43,286 nt of DNA from Gammaproteobacteria bacterium. Lineage in GTDB: Bacteria; Pseudomonadota; Gammaproteobacteria; SZUA-152. A program made the position numbers and the translations under genes. Below, piece by piece: positions 34,116-43,286 of this stretch. Under the pieces are notes generated by a model. It ran no database searches. It had not been told where the DNA came from and was given only the letters and a program-made list of their open reading frames with translations. The first letter of the stretch is position 1; each line of letters opens with the position of its first letter. The stretch is taken from the NCBI GenBank assembly GCA_013151575.1, contig JAADHZ010000073.1, positions 1 through 43,286 on the forward strand, in the 5' to 3' direction.

Positions 34116-34757
34116 ATGCCCTTCACCCGTACCGACAGAATGATCGCCCTCGCCGGCCTGTTTCAAGCCGTTAAACTGGTCCAGCAGGTGGCCAGCAGTG
34201 GCAATATCGACCAGCAGGATTTTGAGACCTGCACCCACAGCATCTTTCTCACCGACGTGGACCGCGCGGAGGACGCCTATGGCGACCGCGCCCAATTGCG
34301 CACTGGTTTTCGCACTCTGGTAGAGCAGTTTGGCGGCCGCTCTGAATCCGGTGCCGATGACCGTCCCAAGGACCTGCACATCACCAAATATGCGGCTGGT
34401 GTGCTGGTACTAGAGCGTCGTTTGAGAAAAAAACCGGACATGCTCAAGGCCGTCGCCGATGGCATTGAACGCGTCCAGGGCCAGCTCGCTCATTTCCCCG
34501 AAGGCCACGAGAACATTGTCGCCGGTCTGGCGCATGTGTATTCAGAAACCATCAGCACGCTGAAACCGCGCATCATGGTGCAGGGCGAACATGTGTACAT
34601 ATCCAACCCCAACCACGCCAATCGCATTCGCGCCCTGTTGCTGTCAGCAATACGCGCTGCGGTATTGTGGCGTCAATGTGGGGGGACTCGCTGGCAGTTA
34701 TTGTTTCAACGCAAGGCATTGCTGGAAGATGTACGGAGCATATTGTCAGACAATTAA
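34116..34757 (+). CDS. hflD: High frequency lysogenization protein HflD
   Basis: IALAGLFQA, LKPRIMVQG, IRALLLSAIRAAVLWRQCGG; follows mnmA. Confidence 0.93.
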   Translation: MPFTRTDRMIALAGLFQAVKLVQQVASSGNIDQQDFETCTHSIFLTDVDRAEDAYGDRAQLRTGFRTLVEQFGGRSESGADDRPKDLHITKYAAGVLVLERRLRKKPDMLKAVADGIERVQGQLAHFPEGHENIVAGLAHVYSETISTLKPRIMVQGEHVYISNPNHANRIRALLLSAIRAAVLWRQCGGTRWQLLFQRKALLEDVRSILSDN

Positions 34758-34790
34758 ACCAGTGAGGTCATCTCCGCTGGCGGCCGGTTT

Positions 34791-34813
34791 GTTTTCGCTG
34801 TGTTTAGCGGAAA
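34791..34813. terminator. Possible bidirectional terminator between convergent hflD and cysS
   Basis: TTTTCGCTG-tgtt-TAGCGGAAAA imperfect stem. Confidence 0.35.
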
Positions 34814-34860
34814 ATGACAACGGCACAATCGCGTGCCTTGCGCCTTGGCATGAGAGATGA

Positions 34861-36327
34861 TTATTCCCGACGCCAGTCTGTCGTGCCGTCAGGCCGGTCT
34901 TCCAGCACGATTCCCTGCTCTGCTAGCTCATCGCGGATGCGGTCGGACTCGGTCCAGTTTTTGTTGGCGCGGGCTTTTAGACGCTCGGCGATTAATACTT
35001 CTATTGTATCCTCTGATATCCCTGTGCTTTCAGCTGCTTGAACAGAACTAAAACCAGAGAGACTGGCGTCGCCCGCCTGAAATCCCCCAGCACCTCGAAT
35101 AACAGGCCTTCCCTTTAAAAAGGCGTCAGGTTCCCGCTCCAATAGCCCGAGATAACCCGCCAGGCATTTCAGCTTTGCACCCAACTGTGCTGCCAACGGC
35201 GTATCACAGCAACGCTGGCAATTGGCTTCTCGCGCCAGCTCGAACAACACCGCAATGGCCTCCGGGGTATTAAAGTCATCATCCATGGCGGCGATGAAAC
35301 GTTGCACATATGCATTGTCTTCAACGATCTCGGAGACATCCAGCCCCCGCAACGCCGTGTACAACGTCGTCAACGCCGCCTTGGCCTCATCCAGGTGTTT
35401 GTCGGAATAATTCAGCGGGCTGCGGTAATGGCTGTTTAATATAAAAAAGCGAAGCACTTCCGGGTCATATTTTTTCAGCACTTCACGAATCGTAAAAAAA
35501 TTGCCTAGCGACTTGGACATTTTTTCTTCGTCTACGCGCACAAAACCGTTGTGCATCCACACGTTGACGAACTTCTCGCCGGTGGCCGCCTCGCTCTGCG
35601 CGATCTCGTTTTCGTGATGGGGAAATTGTAAATCCAGCCCGCCACCGTGGATGTCGAAGTGGTTGCCCAGGCAGCCCACGGACATGGCCGAGCATTCGAT
35701 GTGCCAGCCGGGACGGCCATCGCCCCAGGGTGAGGGCCAGGATGTGCCCTCTTCGAGCTTGGCCATTTTCCACAGCACGAAGTCCAGTGGATCGTCTTTG
35801 GCTGCCACCACCTCGACTCTGCTGCCTGCACGCAGGTCGTCGGTGTTTTTGCCGGAGAGTTTGCCGTAACCGTCGAAGCTGGAGACGTCGTAATACACAT
35901 CTCCATTTGTCCCTTGGTAAGCGTGCTCCTTGTCCACCAAGATCTGAATCATGGCGATAATCTCATCCATGTGCGTGGTGGCACGTGGTTCTTCGTCCGG
36001 TCGTCGCACGCCCAAAACTTCAGCGTCCCGATTCATTTCTGTGATGAAACGGTTGGTCAACGCCTCAATAGACTCACCGTTTTCATTGGCGCGGGCAATA
36101 ATTTTGTCGTCTACATCGGTGATATTGCGAATGTAGGTAACCTGTCTGTCGCCAAATACCTTGCGCAAATACCGGTTCACCACGTCAAACACCACCAGCA
36201 CCCGCGCATGGCCGATGTGGCAATAGTCGTACACCGTCATGCCGCACACGTACAGGCGCACATTTTCAGGGTCGATGGGCGTGAAGAGTTCTTTTCGTTT
36301 AGTCAGATTGTTGTGAATGTGCAGCAT
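34861..36327 (-). CDS. cysS: Cysteine--tRNA ligase
   Basis: [42 protein letters not shown]; start MLHIHN. Confidence 0.98.
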   Translation of the reverse strand: MLHIHNNLTKRKELFTPIDPENVRLYVCGMTVYDYCHIGHARVLVVFDVVNRYLRKVFGDRQVTYIRNITDVDDKIIARANENGESIEALTNRFITEMNRDAEVLGVRRPDEEPRATTHMDEIIAMIQILVDKEHAYQGTNGDVYYDVSSFDGYGKLSGKNTDDLRAGSRVEVVAAKDDPLDFVLWKMAKLEEGTSWPSPWGDGRPGWHIECSAMSVGCLGNHFDIHGGGLDLQFPHHENEIAQSEAATGEKFVNVWMHNGFVRVDEEKMSKSLGNFFTIREVLKKYDPEVLRFFILNSHYRSPLNYSDKHLDEAKAALTTLYTALRGLDVSEIVEDNAYVQRFIAAMDDDFNTPEAIAVLFELAREANCQRCCDTPLAAQLGAKLKCLAGYLGLLEREPDAFLKGRPVIRGAGGFQAGDASLSGFSSVQAAESTGISEDTIEVLIAERLKARANKNWTESDRIRDELAEQGIVLEDRPDGTTDWRRE

Positions 36328-36546
36328 GGTTTTCAGTCTCTGATGCCCCGGGCGGGGGCGTGCGATATCGGTGCGCGTGCTTAATGCGGCAAAGGGCGGG
36401 AATAGTAGCGAAATCAGGGGGTGACTACAAAAAACCCATGAAAACCGCTCGCCATCCGATGCTTTCTCCCGTCCCTCAAACCCTTTATCATTGGCCGCCA
36501 TCAACGCAAGCCACAACGACCTTACCCGAAACAAGGAACTTATTGC

Positions 36547-37167
36547 ATGACCACCATGAAACGACTCGCCCTGATCTGCGCCTTTTTTGTCCTGCCCCTG
36601 GCCACGTTCAGCGCCAGCGCCGACGACAACGCCCCGCGCGTACGCCTGAGCACCAACCTCGGTGACATCGTGCTGGAGCTGAACGCCGCCAAGGCCCCCA
36701 AATCAGTGGACAATTTCCTGATCTACGTTAATGAAGGCTATTATGACGGCACTATTTTTCACCGGGTCATCGATGGTTTCATGGCTCAGGCGGGCGGCTT
36801 CACCGAAGATTTTCAGAAAAAAAACACCCACGCCCCGATCCAGAACGAAGCCGATAACGGCCTGAAAAACCTCACCGGCACCGTCGCCATGGCGCGTACA
36901 AATTCCCCCCACTCCGCCACCGCCCAGTTTTTTATCAACGTGGCGAACAACGGCCGTCTCGACCACCGCTCACCCACCTCTCGCGGCTGGGGTTATGCCG
37001 TATTCGGCAAAGTGGTTGAAGGCATGGATGTGGTGGAAAAAATCCGTCACACACCCACCGGCAGCGGCGGCCCATTTCGCACGGATGTCCCGCGCAGCCC
37101 GATTGTGATCCAACGGGCCACGGTGGTTGGCGCAGCGGTTGCACCCGGCATGAACGACATAAAATAA
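36547..37167 (+). CDS. ppiA: Periplasmic cyclophilin-type PPIase
   Basis: Signal peptide, [33 protein letters not shown]. Confidence 0.9.
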   Translation: MTTMKRLALICAFFVLPLATFSASADDNAPRVRLSTNLGDIVLELNAAKAPKSVDNFLIYVNEGYYDGTIFHRVIDGFMAQAGGFTEDFQKKNTHAPIQNEADNGLKNLTGTVAMARTNSPHSATAQFFINVANNGRLDHRSPTSRGWGYAVFGKVVEGMDVVEKIRHTPTGSGGPFRTDVPRSPIVIQRATVVGAAVAPGMNDIK

Positions 37168-37236
37168 CCGACGGCACCTGCCACCGTCAGACCATAACGC
37201 TCCATCAATTTACAATTTATACTCAAGGAAAACGCC

Positions 37237-37737
37237 ATGATCCGCATGCAAACCACACTGGGAACCCTCGACATCGAACTGGATTTCGACAACGCTCCTA
37301 ACAGCGCCGCCAATTTTGAACAGTACGTGAAAGAAGGCCACTACGACGGCACCATCTTTCACCGCATCATCAAGGGCTTTATGGTGCAGGGTGGCGGCAT
37401 GCTGCCGGACATGAGCCAAAAACCCACCCGTGATTCCATCAAAAACGAAGCCGACAACGGCCTGAAAAACCTCGCCGGCACCTTGTCCATGGCCCGTACC
37501 AACGACCCGCACTCCGCGACCTCACAGTTTTTCATCAGCGTGGTGGACAACGCTTTCCTGGACTTCACCTCTCCCACACCGCAGGGCTGGGGCTACTGCG
37601 TGTTCGGCAAGGTGGTCAATGGCCTGGACGTACTGGACAAAATGAAAGAGGCCGCTACCGGTTCGCGTTCTGGCCATACGGACGTGCCGCTGGAAGACAT
37701 CCTGATCGAAAAAGCCGAGGTGGTCGACGCCGACTAA
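37237..37737 (+). CDS. ppiB: Cytoplasmic cyclophilin-type PPIase
   Basis: No signal peptide; FHRIIKGFMVQGGG, QGWGYCVFGKV; upstream of lpxH. Confidence 0.92.
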   Translation: MIRMQTTLGTLDIELDFDNAPNSAANFEQYVKEGHYDGTIFHRIIKGFMVQGGGMLPDMSQKPTRDSIKNEADNGLKNLAGTLSMARTNDPHSATSQFFISVVDNAFLDFTSPTPQGWGYCVFGKVVNGLDVLDKMKEAATGSRSGHTDVPLEDILIEKAEVVDAD

Positions 37738-37777
37738 TAACCTGTTGCCACAGGTTTTATCTACACAACCGTCGACC

Positions 37778-38494
37778 GTGACTACCTTTTTTGTCGCCGA
37801 CCTCCACCTCTCGGGGGAGCGGCTGCAGACCATCGAACTGTTCCAGCAATTTCTGCTGGAACAGTCTCCCCATGCCGAGGTTCTGTACATCCTCGGCGAC
37901 CTGTTCGAGGCCTGGCTGGGTGATGATGCCGTGCTGCCTGACATGGTTCCGGTCGTCAATGCACTGAAAACCTTTACCGACAGTGGCGTACCGGTGTTCG
38001 TGATGCACGGCAACCGCGATTTTCTGTTAAGCGAGCAATTCGAAAAACTCACAGGCTGCACGCTGCTAGCGGAACCCGCAATCATCGACCTGTATGGCAC
38101 CCCCACCCTGCTGCTGCACGGCGACACCCTGTGTACCGACGATGTGGCATATCAAAAACTGCGCGCCGTGGTGCGCAGCCCGGAATGGAAAGCCGGGGTG
38201 CTGAAAAAACCCATCGAAGAACGTATTGAAATGGCAAGTCAGGCCCGTGCGCAAAGCCAGGCACACACACGGGAAAAATCAGAAAAAATCATGGATGTGA
38301 ACGCGCAAGCGGTGGAAGCCGCTTTTCGCGAACACCGGGTGGAGCGGTTAATACACGGCCATACTCATCGTCCCACAGTGCATGAGTTGACTATCGACGG
38401 CCACCCTGTCACCCGCATCGTGTTGGGTGATTGGAGTGACCAGACCAGCGTGTTGAGAGTCGATGAAAAGGGGCTGGATTCCGAAGGGCTGTGA
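37778..38494 (+). CDS. lpxH: UDP-2,3-diacylglucosamine hydrolase
   Basis: FVADLHL, YILGDLFEAWLGDD, HGNRDF, HGDTLCTDD, IHGHTHRP, LGDW; start GTG 37778 or TTG 37745. Confidence 0.96.
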   Translation: MTTFFVADLHLSGERLQTIELFQQFLLEQSPHAEVLYILGDLFEAWLGDDAVLPDMVPVVNALKTFTDSGVPVFVMHGNRDFLLSEQFEKLTGCTLLAEPAIIDLYGTPTLLLHGDTLCTDDVAYQKLRAVVRSPEWKAGVLKKPIEERIEMASQARAQSQAHTREKSEKIMDVNAQAVEAAFREHRVERLIHGHTHRPTVHELTIDGHPVTRIVLGDWSDQTSVLRVDEKGLDSEGL

Positions 38495-38596
38495 ATCAGT
38501 AGCACTGACACATAAAAAACACGAAAAAAACATCACCCCTCATCCGGGCACAACATGACCAATGCCTCAAACGTTTCCAGCGAAACATATTTTTGA

Positions 38597-39457
38597 TTAC
38601 TTCTCGGGCAGCTCATCCCCCACCGAGTAACGCTGAAAATCCTTAGGCAACTCGATGATACCGCCTGCCACTACGACCCCCACATGATAGTCTTTTAGAA
38701 AACGCTGGTACCCGTTGCGACCCCACTCGCGAATGGGCAATCCCTTCTCCATGTAATCGGTGGCGTGAAACACATTCATGGACAGGTCGCAGGCATTTTG
38801 CATGTCGATGGGCGTAGCATTCACCGTAGTGGCATGCTCCCCCGCCAGCACCTGCCGGAAATCACGCATTGCTGCCAGTACGTCTTCCATGAAACCTTCG
38901 CCGATGGTCACCGAATCGTAACAATGTTCGCCGTTGGCGTAGAAACGATAATGAGTGGCCTGACGGCCGTCAATCTTCGGAATAGCGTTGGAGGGCTGGG
39001 ACTCAGCTGTGAAGGTCAGCTCGAAAGGCGGCTTAGCGGTCACGGGCTTAGGCTGAACAACGAAAATGGTTTCGTCTTCACCATTGACGTTGTAGATGGT
39101 GCGCTCATCCCGGTTAAACAGAACATAATCCGCAGGCGAACGTGTATCCGACATTTGCATGTATTTAGCGTTGACAAAAATACGCGTAATAAACCCCGGA
39201 GCACCGGCTTCTTTTTCCGAGTAGACCAGCAGAGTACCTGCGGTCTCTTTTTCCGCGTCGGTCAATTCTTGTTCCGCGCCGGCGATGGCCCGCGCAGTGG
39301 CATCCTCTTTCGCCTGCGCCTTCACTTCTTCCGCTTGTGTTTTCACTCCTTCCGCACTGGGTTGGGTGGCGCAACCTGACAGACCGGCAACCAGCACCGT
39401 CGCTATTACTGCCACTGTCGTCAACGAGCCCATCACATTCCGGTTTTGTTTGGTCAT
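38597..39457 (-). CDS. Hypothetical lipoprotein
   Basis: Start overlaps the DUF455 stop (ATGA); lipobox LSGC after a hydrophobic stretch. Confidence 0.75.
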   Translation of the reverse strand: MTKQNRNVMGSLTTVAVIATVLVAGLSGCATQPSAEGVKTQAEEVKAQAKEDATARAIAGAEQELTDAEKETAGTLLVYSEKEAGAPGFITRIFVNAKYMQMSDTRSPADYVLFNRDERTIYNVNGEDETIFVVQPKPVTAKPPFELTFTAESQPSNAIPKIDGRQATHYRFYANGEHCYDSVTIGEGFMEDVLAAMRDFRQVLAGEHATTVNATPIDMQNACDLSMNVFHATDYMEKGLPIREWGRNGYQRFLKDYHVGVVVAGGIIELPKDFQRYSVGDELPEK

Positions 39458-40260
39458 TCGTTTAATCCTTCCAAATAATTTAATTCGTTTTCGCTGAATC
39501 CCGCCGCCAACCTCGCATCGCGATGCAGCGGGCCTTTTGAGCGGCGGCCTGAAGACCCCATGTATTGATCGAAAAGCCGTCGGAAAGTTTCCTCTTGCGG
39601 CAGTGCGCGTTGGTCGCACAAATAATGGAACCAACGGCTACCAATTTCCACGTGCCCTACCTCGTCGCGCAAGATAATGTCCAGCACCACATTGGCGGCA
39701 TGGTCGCCGATGCCGGACAAGCGCGCCATTATACCCGGTGTTACATCCAGCCCGCGCGCCTCCAATACGCGCGGCACCAAAGCCATGCGCTCCAACGGGT
39801 CGTGGGCGGTTTTTCGCGCCATTTCCCAGAGGCCGTTGTGGGCATCGAAATCGCCATAATCGTAGCCGAGGCTGTTGAGGTGATCCCGCATTAACTGAAA
39901 ATGGTAGGCCTCTTCATCGGCCACTTTCACCCAATCGGTATAAAATTCGTCGGGCATGTCGCGAAAACGGTAGACCGCGTCCCAGGCCAGGTTGATGGCG
40001 TTGAATTCGATGTGGGCGATGGCATGAATCAGTGCCGCATGGCCTTCGGGGCTACCCAGGCCACGGGTGTGTAATTCGCGCGGCGCCACCAGCATCGGCC
40101 GTTCCGGTCTCCCCGGTTCGCCTATAACCTGCGGCTCACCGTCACGCAGTAACGGAATATCGCCGTCACGCCACTGTTGGGCCATGATACGAGTCTCACA
40201 GGCCTTCTGGCCAGCGTCCGACAGGGTGAGGCAGTGGGCGGCGACGGCAAAGAGATTCAC
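39454..40260 (-). CDS. Ferritin-like domain protein (DUF455)
   Basis: HAIAHIEFNAINLAWDA.YRF, DEEAYHF, VPRVLEARGLD, DEVGHV.IG.RWF; GTG 40260 is the probable start. Confidence 0.9.
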   Translation of the reverse strand: MNLFAVAAHCLTLSDAGQKACETRIMAQQWRDGDIPLLRDGEPQVIGEPGRPERPMLVAPRELHTRGLGSPEGHAALIHAIAHIEFNAINLAWDAVYRFRDMPDEFYTDWVKVADEEAYHFQLMRDHLNSLGYDYGDFDAHNGLWEMARKTAHDPLERMALVPRVLEARGLDVTPGIMARLSGIGDHAANVVLDIILRDEVGHVEIGSRWFHYLCDQRALPQEETFRRLFDQYMGSSGRRSKGPLHRDARLAAGFSENELNYLEGLNE

Positions 40261-40336
40261 GGTTGGGGTACTTTTAAGAATAAGGCCGGAGGAATATCGG
40301 CTGGGCCTCGCATTATCCGGCCCCACCACACCCGGG

Positions 40337-40480
40337 TCAAACCGGCGTTATCGGAAGTGCGCCAGCGGTACCGGCAGGCGTTTTGTCCCCTTGCAGATCG
40401 GCATCGGTAAGATTTGCACTACGCAGGTCAACACCTCGCAAAATCGCATAAGTCATGTTGGTGTTGTGCAGATTGCCCCA
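40337..40480 (-). pseudogene. Pentapeptide-repeat gene fragment
   Basis: Manual translation GNLHN-TNMTY-AILRG-VDLRS-ANLTD-ADLQG; in-frame stop just upstream and no start codon ahead of the repeats. Confidence 0.6.
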
Positions 40481-40796
40481 TCCGCAAGTTTTGTTTCACC
40501 TTATTCGAATATGCAGTAAGTTTGAGCATATGGTATGAAATAGTGGAAATAACGCACCAAATCGTGCATTTCAGTCAACCGGTTTTTCTCTGAATGTTGA
40601 GTTGATAGGGTTGGATGAAAAAATAATAGGTCGGATATGCCTTGATAGTCCATTAATATCAGGATATCAGGGCAAATTGCCCGGTTCTTCATTCAATACG
40701 GTGGGTAGCAAGGCAAATGGACCTGATACTAATAAGTTAGATTTTCTTAGGTTCCATAGAAGTATCCGAAGGTAGTTGAAATATGTATAAGATATT

Positions 40797-41641
40797 ATGA
40801 TTGTCACTCCCATCAATCCGTTAGCACGCTATATTTCACACTATATGGTGACAAAGATTGCACAAGATCACAAGATCAAGCAACCTATTTGTCGGCAACA
40901 TCTACACCAACGCTTGTGATATTTAGGCGAGGAAATGTATCATTTTGCCATAGGAATTTGCGGATGGAGCAGTCTCCGTCCGCTTATATTGAAGGCCCCT
41001 TTCTTTATCCTCGTTATTCATATGCCAATATGAACACGGAAGTCATCTCCGTTCATTTTAGGCCCGCTATGCTGGAGCAGATTATCTCTGTTCCTGTGTC
41101 AGAGCTTTCCAATTATTGTATACCGTTATCAGATTTTTCATGCTCACAGTTAGCCTTGCTAACAGAAGATGTTATGAATGCACCCTGCGTTAATGCGGCA
41201 ATTAAGTTAATAGAACTACGAATCATGAGATTACTGACTTCACAGAATATACAGCGACGTAGGAAGGCAAAGCCACTTTGGATCAATAGTAAATTAATCA
41301 ACCAGACTGCTAAAGAATTAGCTGCTACTTCGGGCTTAAGTATCCGCCAACTAGAAAGGCGGTTCATGGCAAGTTATGGTGTAACGATTAGGGATTGGCG
41401 ACGCTTAGATAGAGCTACTAAAGCTATAACTTTGTTAGCTATGCCTTCAACCAATCTCGATATCACAACAGTTGCTTATAATGCTAATTATTTCGATCAT
41501 TCCCACATGTGTCGAGATTTCCGGAAACTCTGTGGTGTTTCCCCTCAGGAATTTAGCCGCCGCCTGAATTATGATCCAGCGTACTGGCCAATTCGTGAGT
41601 TTAGAAAATTATTGTCCCTAAATGTCGCATCCGTACAATAG
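40797..41641 (+). pseudogene. AraC-family regulator, frameshifted near the 5' end
   Basis: C-terminal HTH (GLSIRQLERRF...YFDHSHMCRDFRKLCGVSP); the N-terminus MIVTPINPLARYISHY is out of frame because of CACAAGAT x2 at 40861-40876. Confidence 0.8.
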
Positions 41642-41699
41642 AAAACAGACCCTATAATAGGATAATTTTGGCTTTCCACATGATCCTTAAAGAGGGCTT

Positions 41700-42932
41700 A
41701 TGAAAATTACGGTTATTACTTATGGTACCGAAGGTGATAATAGACCATTAGTCGCATTGTGTCGTGGTCTACAAAATTCTGGACACGACATATTATTTTT
41801 GGGTGAACGTTCAATTGAGGGGTTAGCCACTCGTTCGGCTATTCCTTTTCAGGCTCTTGAAGGCGATATGAAAGCAACCGTTCAGCCAGGAGGCCCATTA
41901 CATCGGCTTATGAACGAAAAAACACACCCTGGAGTAATGGCTAAGGCCTGTGCGAATTTCGCTACTGAAAACACTAAATCATGGATGAAATCTTTGCTAT
42001 CGGCAGCTCAAGATAGCGATGGGATAATTTTTTCGGGGTTTGCGGGATACACCGCCCTATCAGTTGCTGAATATCTAAATAAGCCTGTCATTGGTGCTGG
42101 GCTATTCCCTGTATCACCGACTAAAGAATTTCCATCTTCGCTTATCCCGTCGGTTTCTCTTCCTGGCTGGCTCAATTATTATTCCCATAAAGTGATGATG
42201 AGTGTTTTGTGGCACCTTTTTCGCCGCTCCATAAATGAAGCAAGAAAAGAAATTTGCAACCAACCTGCACGCTGGACAGCATGGTCTGACTATCCCATCG
42301 TCTATGGAATTTCTCCCAGTTTGCTTCCCCAGCCACAAGATTGGCCCGACAAGTGGAAAATGTGTGGCGCGTGGTATCAAGCTGATAGCTTATGGTCCCC
42401 CAGTCAGGAGTTGGTAGCTTTTATAAATGCAGGAGAACCGCCCATTTATGTCGGGTTTGGGAGCATGTCTGGTTTTGATTCTAAAAGACTATTAAATATT
42501 TTTTCACCTGTCCTGGCTGGACGGCGAGTGATCTATGCCCCGGGCTGGAGTGAATATGATGCATCATTGTTGCCAGTAGAAAGCCTCATCGTAGACAATA
42601 TTCCTCACGACTGGTTGTTTCCTCGCGTTTCGTTAGTTATACATCACGGTGGAGCGGGAACTAGTCATGCTGCAGCCATCGCTGGGACACCATCTGTCGT
42701 GATTCCTTTTGCAGGGGATCAGTTTTTTTGGGCTCATCGCTTAACTCAACTTGGTGTAGCTCCGAAGTCGAGTTCGTTGATGAAAGTTAATGCGACTATA
42801 TTCAAAAAAATGTTAGAGGCTGCGAGTAGTCAAGTAATGATAGAAAACTCGCGTGCATTGGCACAGCGCATGAAATCCGAGGACGGAGTTGGGGATGCTG
42901 TGCAACATGTCGAGAGATTTATCCGACAGTAA
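41700..42932 (+). CDS. GT-B / GT1 UDP-glycosyltransferase (sterol glucosyltransferase-like)
   Basis: ITYGTEGD.RP, PIYVGFGSM, PHDWLFPR...HHGGAGT, PFAGDQFFWA. Confidence 0.9.
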   Translation: MKITVITYGTEGDNRPLVALCRGLQNSGHDILFLGERSIEGLATRSAIPFQALEGDMKATVQPGGPLHRLMNEKTHPGVMAKACANFATENTKSWMKSLLSAAQDSDGIIFSGFAGYTALSVAEYLNKPVIGAGLFPVSPTKEFPSSLIPSVSLPGWLNYYSHKVMMSVLWHLFRRSINEARKEICNQPARWTAWSDYPIVYGISPSLLPQPQDWPDKWKMCGAWYQADSLWSPSQELVAFINAGEPPIYVGFGSMSGFDSKRLLNIFSPVLAGRRVIYAPGWSEYDASLLPVESLIVDNIPHDWLFPRVSLVIHHGGAGTSHAAAIAGTPSVVIPFAGDQFFWAHRLTQLGVAPKSSSLMKVNATIFKKMLEAASSQVMIENSRALAQRMKSEDGVGDAVQHVERFIRQ

Positions 42933-42937
42933 AAAAA

Positions 42938-43048
42938 ATATAACAAGGTTGATCAACACGGATTATTTTCAGCTTTGTTTGGCTGTGCTAAAAAAGCCTA
43001 GCACAGCCAAACAAAGCTGAAAATATCCGGTTATCAACGACGTTAGAG
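42938..43048 (+). mobile_element. attC site (111 bp)
   Basis: R'' ATATAAC; L boxes GTTGATcAACaCGGA / TCCGGTTATCAAC with two bulged bases; perfect 27-bp stem 42964-42990 / 42999-43025; R' GTTAGAG. Confidence 0.9.
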
Positions 43049-43286
43049 CGCCAAGCGAAGCTTGGTGTACCTTGCAGGGTGCAAGTCCCTGTCCGGTAAG
43101 GTCTAGCCAACCGCCGGTATCGAGTGTTGCGTCTGAGGCGGAGTGGATGAAAACTCTGCGAACAATCCAGACGAAGCGTACACAGAGAATCTTATAGGCC
43201 GTAGGGGTAACCGTATACCCTGAGAGTTGGTACAGCTTCCAAATGCAAGTTGAGGTTGGCGAGGGTTTTAACGTTCCCGAAGCCAA
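43046..43286 (+). mobile_element. Probable group II intron, 5' end / domain I (truncated by window)
   Basis: Starts GAGCG (near GUGCG); hairpin GCGCCAAGC-gaa-GCTTGGTGT; ACCTTGCAGGGTGCAAGTCCCTGTCCGGTAAGGT (GNRA-capped Ic1-like stem); GAGTGTTGCGTC...GAAGCGTACACAG. RT ORF not in window. Confidence 0.7.

Larger units (their letters stand above)
40737..43042 (+). mobile_element. Two-gene integron-type cassette (AraC + glycosyltransferase)
   Basis: GTTAGATTTTCTT at 40736 is nearly complementary to AAAAAAATATAAC before the attC; AT-rich; ends in a full attC. Confidence 0.75.

Noticed and set aside
36840-37490. ~40-bp near-identical DNA shared by ppiA and ppiB
   Set aside because: Explained by the conserved cyclophilin motif NEADNGLKN in paralogues.
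37757-37765. DnaA-box-like TTATCTACA
   Set aside because: Single mismatched 9-mer, expected by chance.
42964-43025. Perfect 27-bp hairpin as a plain terminator or CRISPR repeat
   Set aside because: Flanked by R''/L''/L'/R' boxes, so better explained as attC; no repeat-spacer array or cas gene was seen in the window.
42969-43286. Minus-strand 105-aa ORF
   Set aside because: Overlaps the attC and the intron-like RNA; no protein motifs.

Overview
Gammaproteobacterial chromosome segment (lineage not determinable from sequence alone) dominated by core genes. These are the rpsB-tsf-pyrH-frr-uppS-cdsA-dxr-rseP-bamA-skp-lpxD-fabZ-lpxA-lpxB-rnhB superoperon (minus strand), followed by can and dnaE; map-glnD; two chemoreceptors (one with a C-terminal bacteriohemerythrin); mnmA-hflD; cysS; ppiA-ppiB-lpxH; and a DUF455 ferritin-like gene. 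The most interesting layer is non-genic. Three AT-rich inserts look like solitary integron gene cassettes, with no integrase in the window: a lipoprotein with a near-intact attC, a nucleotidyltransferase fused in-frame to a host glyoxalase gene, and a two-gene AraC + GT1 glycosyltransferase cassette with a textbook attC. The last attC runs directly into what looks like the 5' end of a group II intron. Also present are two MITE-like palindromic elements, a fragment of one supplying the last codons and stop of rseP, an in-frame multi-hairpin insertion in dnaE, an internally deleted ISAs1 element, an 8-bp duplication frameshifting the AraC gene, and a PilZ-domain gene missed by the ORF track. All family calls are from motif recognition by eye; no searches were run.
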